Source of the DNA: Adineta vaga
Taxonomy: Eukaryota; Animalia; Rotifera
NCBI GenBank assembly: GCA_021613535.1
Contig: CP075497.1
Coordinates: 9,238,001 to 9,302,000 of the forward strand
DNA: 64,000 nucleotides
Reading direction: 5' to 3'
In this document: in pieces, positions 40,222 through 53,592 of the stretch
How positions within the stretch are numbered: the stretch's first letter is position 1
Layout: every line of letters begins with the position of its first letter
Translations under genes and position numbers: made by a program
Notes under the pieces: model-generated
The model's input: the letters and a program-made list of their open reading frames with translations, nothing else
Database searches by the model: none
Told to the model about the DNA's origin: nothing

Positions 40222-41233
40222 TAGACAATTTTTCTTTTTTTTCACCTTTTTTTCTTTTTCATGTAAACGTATTTTTTATTCAATAAAAGAAAAGAAATAT
40301 TTCAAACATATATCTTCTCTACTAAAAAATCTTCATTGCTACAAAGTTGATTTGAAAACAAAGAGCAGAACTTGACATTCCAGTTTTTTGTTCAATTACG
40401 TATCAATATTCATGTTCTATAAATAAATTTCCAAATAATATACGAAAAAGTAACATCTTGCCTCGATTATTGAGTAAAGTGCTATTCGTCATAATAGTCT
40501 TCTTTTGATAATCTTAGTAAATAAATGATTATCCAACATTTTCTTCGTTCTCAAATGCCGCTTCGGAACGTGCTTTGACACTGGTTAGATAACGAATATT
40601 TTTATACCAACATCGTTCTATTTTTATTTTTTATTTTATCTCAAGGTGAAAAGATATGCACTAAAGTTACGGTTTTTAATTGACAAAAAAAAGTTCTTTC
40701 CTTGCAAAGACAACAATGAAGTGTTTGTGGTTCTTTCCTTTCGAATTTGGTTTAGATTGATTGTTTGTGATTTAATGAGTATTTCCTTTGGATTCTCAAC
40801 ACAAAGTAATTACTAAATAGCATTGTGAAAATCGTAATAATAAACTATCTTAAAAATTCTATATATTTAGTACTTCTCGACATATTGATATAATATTACA
40901 CAATTCATTTTCACATTCCAATGATGATATCATTGGATCTCTTTTCTTTTTTTTTGTTTTGTTTGACAAAAAGAGATAATTATGAAACACAAATATTATT
41001 TTATTTATTTCTTTTTTTAGCGACTGTTGCTTTGTTATCTCCGACTATGCTGTAGATGATAACAGTAGCCTGTACTGATATACTTCGCTTTTATTATGTC
41101 AAGGTAAGTGACAACAATGTTGACTAAACTCTTCTCTTAAAATTATATATAAAGAGAGATATTTTTTCACAATCCGCATCACAATCTTTCTCTCTTCTAT
41201 TCAGTTTAACTTCAAGTTCTATTAACAAGACAA

Positions 41234-41936
41234 ATGTTTACAGCTCTTCTCCTCTGTTTGGTCGGTATTGCCGTCGCACAAAGACCACAACCTTGCACAG
41301 CTCCACCACAATGGGAAGGACGTATATATGACATCAATGAAGAACAAAAATTTTCAGTAGAAGGCAAACTTAGCTACGATGCAGTATATCATCGTGAACG
41401 AATTATTGATGAAGTTGATGAAGGTTCAACCTCAGATTATTATGATGTACTTGCTCTTTTTGATTCACGAGTTGAATTTGCTTACAATTTCAAAGCTCGC
41501 AATTGTACACGACGTGAAATTCAACGCCCATGGCGAGATTTTGGCATTCGTCCATCGGATGAATCATATGGTGAAGCTTACATTGGTTCATCTGTCTTTC
41601 CTAGCACAGGTGTATTAGTAACAATCTGGTAAATTATTTCATTATTCAATTCTTCTATTAAATCTTTGTTTTTCTTGAATATTTAGGGGTGGTAACTTCA
41701 CATTACCTTCAAACGATACAATAAATTATATTTCATCATGGACATATCGTGCCTGTCTTCCAGTATCTCGAACAACTTTCAGTGAAAAATATGGTAGTTC
41801 ACATTTATCATTTTATGATATTACAATTGGCATTAGTGATCCAAATGTATTCATTCCACGACGTGAATGTCTCTCAAGTTATGAATGGGAAAATCGATAT
41901 GCTCTTTTTGATGCACCAAATAAGAAAATTCAATAA
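41234..41936 (+). CDS. Ependymin-related protein, copy 2; exons 41234-41628 and 41687-41936
   Basis: Same motifs (PCTAPPQWEGR, SYDAVYHRER, PWRDFGI, FYDITIGISDPNVFIPRREC) and the same intron position, within the Trp codon. Confidence 0.93.
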
Positions 41937-42945
41937 ATTCACTTTTTCTTATTTCATATATGATAAATTTCTTTTTTTTTCATTTTTAAAATAAAAATAA
42001 TTTTGTAATAGCATTTAATATGAATCCATGAATGATTTCTCACTTTGTTCGAATATGAAATGCTTTCTTGAAAATTAGATCATCGAAAGATGACCCATGT
42101 CGAACAGCATATAGTCGAGATAGATATCACTGATATGAAGATGATTTTAGTTTTTTAAGTGCGCAACATGTATTTGCTTTTCGTAATCGTGTCTGTATAA
42201 CTAAATATGTAAAGTTTGATCTGATATCAAAGTGATGCCTTTTCGAAGAATTCTATTCTTGTCGAGTAACGAACTTTTCATGACTTTCGTCAATACCATC
42301 TTTATAAATGCAAGTAGCAAATGATGCCTAAAAAAACTTACAATATCTCATGAAAGTTTATAAGATAACATATCAAAGTGTTTACACCATATGAATTTCA
42401 TCGTGTAGTGATAATTTTACTTCGATCTGCTATGACAAACTACATAAAGATATGCGTCCTTAGGCTTCTTCTCTGAAGTGACAGTTATTTTATTTCAATT
42501 CTACTCCATTCTAAAACTGAATGTGTGCTAAGAGATCAAATAAAAGCATTTTGAATTGACATTTTGGTCACTAATAGCGATATTTTCAACTAGAATGCTA
42601 TTGAAAAGATCTCAGGACTTCATGACTCATGCTTTTATTAGTAGACTGCGAAATCAATCGATGGAGTTGGCTTTTATTTCTCCGTAGAAGAATTTATTGT
42701 AAAAAAGTAATTGCCAAAAAATTTGAAATTTAATCTGGTACTGAATTAGTTTGTGTTATAGAGATCAAGCTTTTGGAAACATAGTTATTTATCTTTAAAT
42801 TTCGTCATAAAAGTAATAAGACGAACGCGCAAGATGGACTCGTCATGTTGTCTTCATTTTTTCATCATAATACATTGAGAAAAATAAATAAATATTTAGT
42901 TTTCGCTCGTCGTTTTCAATTATTGTCTCTAAGATATATCTAAAA

Positions 42946-43383
42946 ATGCCTTCGTTTAATGAAATTGAGATTAATTCCATGCTGAATCAAATCGATAATG
43001 AACTAGCTGATATGTATCAAAGTATCAAAAATATACTGAAGGAAATTTCTATAAATCTAATGGTAATTTTTACTAAACAACAACAGTAGTATAAGGAATG
43101 TGTTCATTTACATGGTCTATTTAATCAACTAATCAAGTCGTTAAGTCATAGCTATTTTCTCTATTACAATGAAAATGCGTCGCAATTGCGTAAAATTTCG
43201 GTCGAGAAATACATCTCCATAAGTTAAATAATCATTATTTACCAAAAAATAAAAACAAAAGTGCTTCATAATGATGATATAGATATTACACAACTGTCAA
43301 GGAAATATGCAGCTATATATGAAGTTCTGAATGATATCGGTACAGGCATTCCATCTTCGATTCGTCAACACTATATTAGTTAG
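42946..43383 (+). pseudogene. Possible decayed intronless ORF of unknown family
   Basis: MPSFNEIEINSMLNQIDNELADMYQSIKNILKEISINL...QQQ*YKECVHLHGLFNQLIKSLS..., then in a downstream segment KVLHNDDIDITQLSRKYAAIYEVLNDIGTGIPSSIRQHYIS*. Protein-like but interrupted by stops. Confidence 0.3.
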
Positions 43384-44254
43384 ACTCAAACATGTCGATA
43401 TTGAATGAACTCAATTGTATATTTTGTGTATTGTTTTTCTTGATAAAATATGTTGTATGCATTTTCAATTGAAATAGCAGATTGATGTATATAGTGATGA
43501 CTGCACAACTGAGTTCAAATAAAGATGAGCATTTGAATATGTTCTCGCGTCAGTAACTAATGACAATTAGTCTCACATATTTCTCGATAGATTCCGACGG
43601 ACAATTACTATTTGACATCACGCGTAGTTGATGAATCGATATTTTCGATGGACTCCACTTGGGCAATCAGGTTTTGTTTTGTGTTTTTCTGTTACTTATT
43701 CGCACTATATTACCGTTTGCTCGTAGATTAAAGATGTTTTGCTAAGTTTTCGCCGGTGAATCATTCCTTTTAATAAATTTCTCTGGATGAATCAACTATT
43801 ACATAAACATTTTGCTTATTCAAAATCATTCGTATTTCTTTGGTTCTATCAAGTTATTTCCGTTGTTTCTATTACTTCGATTACTTTTTTTATTGTTTTT
43901 TTTCCTGTGGTGTACTGGGGTATAGTTACTGATCGTTGTTCCCACAATAATAATAGTACATAGCTGTCATATTGTCCTTTTCTCCTACGCAATGACGTGC
44001 ATTATGGTGATGACATTCCTTGCATGCCTACGCAATTATTGGATATATGTGTGCAGAACGATGACGTATAAATTCTATACATCGAACAATAGTCAATTTA
44101 CATTTCTTGGTAAGATATTTATATACGCGATTAATTGAATTCTATTGTTAAAGAAGGCGTCCTATTAGTATTAAAGCGAGAGTATCAGATCATATATGAC
44201 TTATTATTCAACATTACTAAAAGCTGAATCATCATTAATTTCCCTACAGTTTAT

Positions 44255-45563
44255 ATGACGGCAAGAGTTAGACCATTAACCACTTATTGGAAAAAAGATG
44301 TTATTTTAGGGAATAAATTCAGGACAATTAATATACCAGATATGAATGCTGACTTTATTACGAAATACCATCAACGGCTCAGAAAGGAAACTCGAGATTT
44401 TGCTGAAAGAGAACTTCGTCCACGTATACCTACTATGGAAGCATCACGTTCTGTAGATTATAATCTCTCACGTTTAATTGCTAAACAAGGATGGATTGGT
44501 GTTACAATCGGTCCTGAATATGGTGACATGGGTCTGGGGCATCTAGCAAAAACCATTATCATCAAAGAGTTGTCACGAGTTAGTGCTGCTATGGGAGCAA
44601 TGGTACAAGCATCCCAGTTAGGTGTAGCGAAAATTCTACATTTCGGAAACCAAGAACAAAAGCAGAAATGGCTTCCAGCTGTAGCTTCCGGTCAATGTCT
44701 ACCAACCATAGCTGTTACTGAGGTGGAGAGCGGAGGACACATTCTAGGCATGAATGCTCGAGCTGTACGCGATGGTGATGACTACATTCTTAACGGACGT
44801 AAGGTGTTTGTTGGAAATAGTCATGTTGGTGATTTACATGGTGTTGTTGTTCGTACTGGTCTTGGATCAAAAGGCTTGTCGGCATTTCTTGTAGAAAAAA
44901 ATCGTCCTGGTTTTTCTCTTGCTCCACATCGACCTAGCATGGGACTACATGGATTTAGTTTTGGTGAATTAATTTTTGAAAATTGTCGAATTCCAAAAGC
45001 TAATATACTGGGTCAGGAAGGAGATGGTATGGCTGTAGCATATTCTTCTAGTGTCTTGTATGGACGAGCTAATCTAACAGCAGTAGCTCTGGGCATTCAT
45101 CGAGCGCTACTTGAGGATACCATAGCTCTTTTGTACCAAACGTCAGCGTTATGCTAAGCCACTTTATGACTTGCCTACTATCAAGTTGAAGATAGGTCAG
45201 ATGCAATCCCGTTATATGATTGCCAAACTTGCTGCATATTATGCTGTCCACTTACTGGATCATGGTTTGCCGTGCGATGCAGAATTGATGAATGCGAAAC
45301 TTGTCAACGCTGAATATACATTGGATTCGGCCCGAACTGCTATGGAAGTGCATGCTGCTTGTGGTCTTTATTCTGATCAACCGATCGAACGTTATATGCG
45401 AGATGCATATCATATCTTCTCTCCGGCAGGCACTTCTGATATTCAGTTGCTTCGGTTAAGTGAAGTGGCTTTGGGCCTATCAAAAGGACAGTGGTCACAA
45501 CGACTCAATACGACGCTAGGCTGTGCAAACTCAACGAAATCAACAAATCACATTTCAATGTAA
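44255..45563 (+). CDS. Intronless bacterial-type acyl-CoA dehydrogenase (putative HGT), split by one frameshift near 45128-45133
   Basis: ACAD motifs PEYGDMGLG, ELSRVS, GNQEQKQKWLP, AVTEVESGG, YILNGRKVFV, GLSAFLVEK, ILGQEGDG, IERYMRDA, GTSDIQ. Shifting frame at GCT C TTT TGT restores AFCTKRQRYAKPLYDLPTIKLKIG. No introns; visibly richer in G+C than the flanks. Confidence 0.9.
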
Positions 45564-47112
45564 TTATATATATATATATATATTATTATCCAAAGATAGT
45601 GATGACCGAAACAGATGAATTAGCAATGAAAAAAATACAAACTCATTCTACAGTTGTCACTTTTCTCAGAAATTCGATGTTTAAACATGAGAAATTGGAT
45701 GTATGTGTATGTGATTGCAATCATGCTATATGGAAATATGAATTATCGCATATTACCTATCGATCATATATTGTTCATGTTTTCTTTATTTTTTTCCATC
45801 AGGTAAAAAGCAGAAGATAGCTCTCTTATTTTCTTCTTGTTTTCTTATTTTTCTCGATAAGAGAAAGAAGAGAGATTTATGATGTCTCTTCTTCTCTAAA
45901 AAAGGGTTCTATTTTTTGATAAATAAGGAATACTTTCATAATTTAATTGATTAACGTTAAATTAATGCAAATACGTTTTTCTTGTAAATATATGTGTGAT
46001 ATGTTCTGAGAATTTGAAAATAAAGTATTTCAATAACCAAAAGTAATGTGTCAATACTATTTCTAAAATTGGTGATATCCACGATGAATGAATATCTGGA
46101 AAAGAGTTTCATAGAAAAATATCAAGAACTGATTACGAATCACAAATTATTGAAAAGAGATCATATATGGAAATATTTTAGAATATATTCTCTGCTTCTA
46201 TAAAAGTAATGGTGAAAACCATTAAATATCTTGAATATCTTTTAATATATACAGTACAGCTTCAGTTATCAAAATACAAATCTATAGAAGAAAAACCATA
46301 CCAACTTATTAAACCCGTTGTAAATATAGGTGTACTATTAGTTTATGTTAGATGACATTGAAATAATAATGTAAATTAATTATTTATACCGATCATAAAA
46401 AAATGATTATAATCGAATCGCGATTTTTATTTATAGAACTAACTTTCGATAGAAGAATTTTAATACTATCCCTCCACTCGTAGTTAGTTATAGAATGATT
46501 TCTATTCGAACACTAATAATCATGAATGTTTCGTAACAATACGAAAGAGTTTATTAAAAGTGACTATTAATATCAAGAAAAGTGAGAGGAACCAATTTTC
46601 TTAGGTGATGATTCATCAATATTGTATTATGAAAGTATTAGAGGTTTTGTCACTTATCGTCAGCTAAAATAGCTGGGAGTATCCGTATTACCTTTAGAAG
46701 ATTCTATAAAGTTGATAAAAAGAACTGAATGTTCTGTGAGTTAATGTATGACTTTTTTAATTTAAATTACAGTTTCTTTTGAAAGTAGTTAAATCGTGTT
46801 CAGTATTAAAAATAGAATTGTCGTTGAAATGATTACACAGATCTTGAGAAAAAAGATAAATATTCGTCATGTTATCATTTTTCAATTTACTCTTTTACTG
46901 GTCGTTGATGTGTCATTACGTATTTGGTACTCGCACAAGCATTTTCTTTGTCATTTATATTTATTTTTATTATCTAAAGGTCAATATCTTGTAGATATTG
47001 ATAATCATCATTTTTCTCAGCACATCTGTATATAAAGAGATCTTTACATCTAATAAATTCATTTCAAATCTTAATACTTCTAGTACAACAATTCTAAGAA
47101 GAATACAAAGCA

Positions 47113-47808
47113 ATGCTGACTATTGTTATTCTTTGCCTAATTGGTATAACAGTCGCACAACAACCACGTCCATGTGTCTCACCATCTCAATGGGAAGGTC
47201 GTATATTTGATAGTAATGAAAAACAACATGGATCAGCGAGGAAAGATCAGTTATGATGCTATTTATCGTCGCATTCGAGTTATTGAAGATATTGAACTAA
47301 GCGATGATGAATTTGTTTATGATGTACTAACTCTCTACGATTCTGGACTACAATTTATCTATGATTTAAAATCACATAGTTGTACTCGAACTCCAGTAAC
47401 TTATCCATGGCGTGATTATGCTATACCATCGATGCACATTCGTATGGTGAAGCTTACATTGGTTCATCAGCCCTACCGGATACTGGTGTACTCATTACTA
47501 TATGGTTCGTAGAATATTTTATTCATTCATTCTTAAAAATTCATCATATGCTTATTTAGGGGTGGTAATATAACTATTCCATTTCTAAACGTTACTCTCC
47601 CATATATTGCTACATGGACATATAAGGCATGTCTTCCAATTTCTCGTACCGTTTACAGTGAAAAATTTGGCAACGAAATAACATCCTTTTATGATATCAC
47701 TGCTGGTATCAGTGATCCAAATGTATTTATTCCAAGACGAGAATGTCTTACAGCTCGAGAATATAGTAGCGACAAGTTTTATTTGGCACGCCAAATAAGA
47801 AAAACTAA
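47113..47808 (+). pseudogene. Ependymin-related protein, copy 3, with three frameshifts
   Basis: MLTIVILCLIGITVAQQPRPCVSPSQWEGR... Frameshifts at ~47236 (TCA G CGA GGA), ~47430 (CCA TC GAT GCA) and ~47769 (before RQVLFGTPNKKN*). The intron position is shared with copies 1 and 2. Confidence 0.85.
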
Positions 47809-50166
47809 AAAAGGATTATATTCTTTTTGATTTTTGATTTCTAAAAATAAAATAACTACTATGGTATATAATAATGTAACTCAAAATTCAGTATTATTGC
47901 TCTCATTTTGAAAAGATGTTGATGCGTTATTACCATATGTGAGAGTGTACCAAACAACTAATCTCTTGTACTTTTTTTTCTACATCTTCACTTTATCATG
48001 ATGTTAAATTATGACCTACTCGCTTTCTCGATGTTTTACAGAACTAAATTACGTCATTTCATATTTACAGAGAAATGTTCTTGATAATCACTGCATCCAA
48101 TAAGAAAAACAATATATTTGTCTTTCCCATCAGTTTCTCATCAATGCTATAATAGAAATACCATGGAGAAAATGGCACGTATTGAATAAACGTGTATCAT
48201 CAAAAAAACATTAACAAGTGTATATTGAGAGAAAAAAAAACAATCGTCGATGTAGAAGCGTCATCCGTTTTGTAGATGGCAGATTTGGCACAGCTCATTA
48301 TGCAAAAGGATTCATTCATTTATTATACGACTTAATGGCAAATCTTTATAAGATAATCTCATACTGTCAACGAATGGTAATTTAATGAAAGTGCCATGAA
48401 AAAATACTTTCTTGTTGATATATTCATATCACGAAATCCTAATGCCCTTCGTACTTTACGAACCATTTTTTCACATTCCAATAAGTTTTTAAGAAAAAGA
48501 TGTGTTGTTTTAAGCTGAAATTATCATTCATAGATCTAACCATGCGCACCAAATTCCAGATAGAAGAAATATCATCATTCATGTCTTTGATACAGATGAC
48601 GGTTGGTGTGAATGCATGTAACAGACTGAACTTAGTACACACATCTAGAATAAAATTTCTACAATTAGAATCAGAAGCAAAATCTTATTTCATTATACGA
48701 AATCTATGTCATACATTCTACTTTCTGGACACAATATACAACAGCGTGTATTTCGAGAATGAAAGATACTTTGTTTCTGCTTTATATACATACTATCAGA
48801 AATATTACTTTTAGTTCATGTTTCACATAACCAAAATCAGTGAGTTATAAAAATCTTTGATTTCTATTCAACTCAACTCTTCGAAAGTTTTTCTTATAAA
48901 TATTCTAGTAATAAGAAGAGGTACATATTACTATGTAGACCGTAATTTGTTATAAAACATGTTTTATTTAGAAACATTTCTGCAATAGAAAATTTTATAC
49001 TCTAGAAGAATAAGATGATTAACTAGTTTACATTATCAGAATAGTGATCGATGATTTCTTACAAAAATTGTTCATACAGTAAAGATCTCAATGAAATTGT
49101 CAGGTATCATATTGCCAAAATCATACAACAAAGAACAATTAAGAACAGAAAAAATCATGAAATTCAATCTTGATTGACTCGAATGGGGCAAAAATCAATG
49201 ACAGAATATAGCACTTTTGTATCTCGAATTGTATCTTATCTATCTCTATATCTATCACTATTTTATATTTATTATTTCTTTTCAAGTAAACATACGAACT
49301 ATTGACGTAGAAGACTATTACATCTTACTGTGTAAAATTCGGTGATACACATGAAAATCATTATCGTCATTCTGAATGGAATGAAATTAGATTACTTGAC
49401 ACTGAATTAAAGTATTACGACCATCATAACAACGATCATTCATAGTTCAAGCTCAATTGTTACATGAAAAACGACTGGCGTAATATATAAATGTGTTTCC
49501 CATAGTGATTGGCTGATATTCTTTTCTTTTCTTCTTCTCTTATTCGTAATTATATGGTCTCTTTAGAATGTTTCTTTTAATGGGAGCAATCATGATACAA
49601 GTATATTTGGAGTGAAAATATGGAGAAATATATTTTGTTACTAAACGGTTAGTTTTAAAATATTCATCAGATATCGGATAATAATAATAATAATAATAAA
49701 AAATAGCCCGAAAATTTCAGTATTTTTCACACTTCAAATGCGTTTGAATCGATATATAATTATGGTTGAATATAATAAAGATTAAAATCACCATAAACAG
49801 AATGTCATTAGATCAAATATGTTTTCAGAGAACTTTTGTACTTTTTCTACTTCATCGTTTACATCAGTGAAATATGCATAGTGTAAAATAAACAAGAGGA
49901 CACTCATTTAGATGACTTAGAAGTGAAGACAAATGAACGTAACATGTCAACATGTCTAAAATTGCATTACAAAAAATCTCATATTCGAACAAACACTAAT
50001 CATGATTTTCTTGTAAATCAGTACTTGAAAAAGTGCATGAGTCATACAACACATTTCTTTCTCTTAAACTGAATCTTACAAACTAAACAAATTCCGTCAC
50101 ATAGTGTCTGTTTTTAGGCTATAAAAAAAGAGGTTTATCTGATAACCGAGTAGGAAGAATCAACGG

Positions 50167-53108
50167 ATGAAAATTTCAGCTTCGAACTACGAACAAATGT
50201 TTATCAAAGTAATTATATTCTTGATGCACATTCAATTTAACGGTAAAAATAATCTTTTTTTTTTGGAAAATAATATCTTTTATTTATCTGTTTTCTTTAG
50301 ACATACAAGGATACTTAGGCTGCACGGATCCTTTAGTACCTTGCCTTAATGCAACGGATTGTATCCCTATCAAAGATGTTTGTGTTACCCGACAGAACTG
50401 TATTGATCTTAAGAGTCTTAGATCGGTGTGTAAGTATTAGAATTTTCAAGAAAATATTTTTGAACTAAAACATTTTTTTCTTTAGGTAAAAATAAATACT
50501 GTAAACCGAATTCAGGCAGATCGAAATCGTGCGTAACTGAAGTAAACGATAAATTGAAATACGAGTGTATATCAGAAACCAAACTATGCAATAAAAGATT
50601 TGATTGTATTGATCATAGTGACGAAACGGACCGAGTTTGCCATGGAGAAATTTGTGAAGAAGATGAATTTCGATGTCCAACTGGCGCTTGTATTCTAGAA
50701 AAAGAGGTTAATATAAATTGTTTACATAATATATCTTTTTTGTTAGCAAAATATTCGTTTTTTTTCTTCTCATCAAGATGTGTGATGGTACCCAACAATG
50801 TTCTGATGGATATGATGAAAGAAAAGATTTCTGTCGCAATAAGACAATGTCACGTGAGAGAATTATTATTTTTATTCGACATTTTGTTCTTAACTGTTGA
50901 ATGTTTTCTTTCAATAGAAGTTTCTTCTTTATTTCCTGAAAATAATGATACTAATTCATCATCGAAAACATACGAATGTGCGCCGTCTGCATTTTTTACA
51001 CAATCTATATATTTATTACCTAATCTTGTTTGTGATGGATAGTAAATAACAGAAAAAGTTCGAAAAATCGATCTTATCAGATCATGTTTTATTTTCTAGT
51101 CAAGATTGTCCAATGGGTGATGACGAAAACGACTGTAAAAATGATAAATGTGATTCAAAATCAATTTGTTCAACAAATTCGGATATTATCTGTATTAAAC
51201 ATCCAGTCGTCAAAGAACTGTGTCGATGTAAGAAACCAGGTTATGAAATAGCTGCTAATTTAACATTATGTCAAGGTTGTATTGAAATTTCTTTTGTATT
51301 TTCTTTCTAAGAAATGACTTTGTTTATCTAATCAGATTTTAATGAATGTAACGATTCTGTTCGCGATTATTGTTCATTCGAGTGTACCAATACAGATGGT
51401 AGTTTTGATTGTTCGTGTCCATCCAAATTTAATTATGATCAAAAAACTAAAACATGTCAAAGGAAGAATGGTTTGATAAAATCTCTGTTTTATATTCTTT
51501 TTGAAATATATCTCAACATTATAATATAGATGTGTCCACACCTTATCTATTAGCTGTTCTAAAGGATAATATTAATTTTTATGATATTTCTAATTCAACT
51601 GATCAATATTCAGCAAAATTAATAAGTACGAGTAATATTGATAGCGATCATCATTTCGATTATATACAATATGATCCTGTTCAGATGTTCGTTATCTACT
51701 ATGATCAAATCCAACAAGCTGTCTTATGGTTCGTTTTTCGAATCTTTTTTTTTGTATATTAATAATATAATTTTCATTATTTGGTTTTAGCAAAGCAAAT
51801 GATGCTCCCAAAGCTATTATTCTTCTTTCAAATCTCACTCTTCATGGTTTCGTATATAATGCAAATGAAAAAAGTCTTTTTGTTATCGAAAATCAATCGA
51901 AAACATTACGTATGTATGCTCCAATAGCTTGTGATGTTTCAATTAATATTAAAATGCATTCATGGACCATGAATGATCTTTCCAACTCAATTCATAGTAT
52001 GGAAATTGATATTTATCGTAGACAATTAATCTTCGCTTCAAAAACTCAATTCATGATATCAAGTATGTCTGAACCGAATTCAACAAAGATTGTTCATAAT
52101 GCACATTCAGAAATAAAACGATTCATTTATGGTAGGCTCAATAACGATTCTGAATTGTTATGAATATCAACTATATTCATATTAGATTCTTTGTTTAAAC
52201 GAATCTTTTGGACAACGAATAGTGCAAGAAATGATGGAAGTTTTCCTGTTCATACTTGCGATGATCAATTTAAACAGTGTCATGACACATACATACCTTT
52301 ACCTCATCCATGGCCATTTGGATTTTTTAACGTAGATAAGTTCTGTTTTTCCCCTATTCATCAAAAATAATTGATTGTTTAGGATGATTTACTTCATACA
52401 TCATCACACAAGAAACATCTGATTAGTATTCAGCTTTATGGAACTCGACGTTCTTTTGCACAATCTATTACATCAACACAAGACGAAATTCGTTCGTTCC
52501 TATTAATCGATCATCAACAAACCGATCAGTTTCATCTTTGTATGACTGAAGGGAAAGTGCCTTGTCCAAATCAACTTTGTCTTCAAAGCAGTGTAACACA
52601 AATTGAATGTTTATCAGTTGATGCTGTTTATTCTCCTATACAAATTGTTAACGAATCAATACAAGAGAAAACAAAGAATTTCTCAAAAGCAGATCAGGTA
52701 ACGTCAACAAACTATAGTCAAACAAGAACAATCCTTCTTTTTCTTATTATATTTGCCGCTATAATAATTGTGAGTTCGATTCTTCGCTTAAAATTTAGAA
52801 TACTTCTTTTTGAATTAAATAGGTAATATTTTCATTTGTCAAACGATTTGGTTATCATCCAAAGTTAAAAATATTGTATAAGGCACAAAGTCCAAATTCT
52901 CAGTCATATGTATCAGCCAATGAACCAAATTTGGAAGAATTTTCTGTTGCAACAGATGACCGAGTGAGCAGAGACTTTATGGCTTATGCACGAAAAATCC
53001 ATTTCTTTTTCTTTGACATCGTAGAGATTCTCTTTAAAAATCATTTGATTTTTGTTTGTCTTGTAGGATGGTGATCGGCTCCCATTAACGAAATCATTAT
53101 ATATCTAA
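50167..53108 (+). CDS. LDL-receptor-family-like protein (LDLa repeats, EGF/cbEGF, degenerate beta-propeller, TM); many exons
   Basis: LDLa CNKRFDCIDHSDE, CEEDEFRCPTGACI, CDGTQQCSDGYDE, CDG.QDCPMGDDE. EGF DFNECND...CTNTDGSFDCSCP. Propeller-like RIFWT. TM ILLFLIIFAAIII. The tail ends DGDRLPLTKSLYI*. Confidence 0.85.
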
Positions 53109-53592
53109 CGCAGGCCATTAAAATTTCCATACTGATGCATAAACATTTTACGTGGGATAATTGGTATTCATTTTTATTTTTAAGTCCATTTCATTCCAAT
53201 TATAATTTCTCGTTCATGAACAAATATTTGCTTTTCAAATGATTGATAAGTAGTGCAACTTATTTTTTCCAGTAGTATTTCGTGCTCAGTATTTTTATTT
53301 CCCGAGAACCTGTGCTATCTTATCCATGACACTTGTCTATCGATGTCTCTAGACTCTTTCATATACTAATTACCTGTAGTTTTTCGAATAAGAAGCTTTT
53401 AAAAAATCATGTCACATTAATATCTTGATATTCTCTCGAAAGAATATTCGCATTCATTTTTAATTCTTATGCTAATAATCATCATAAATTCCAATAGGCG
53501 ATGGGAGAAAATGTCGATGAAATAGTGTAAATTTTTATTATGAAATCTGTTTTTTCAATCCAACATTCTATCACTATTTCATTTCGTGACGA

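Noticed and set aside
45900-49900. Possible transposon or gene remnants around EPDR copy 3 (e.g. ORFs at 48439-48814)
   Set aside because: No transposase or RT motifs, terminal inverted repeats or target-site duplications could be recognised by eye.
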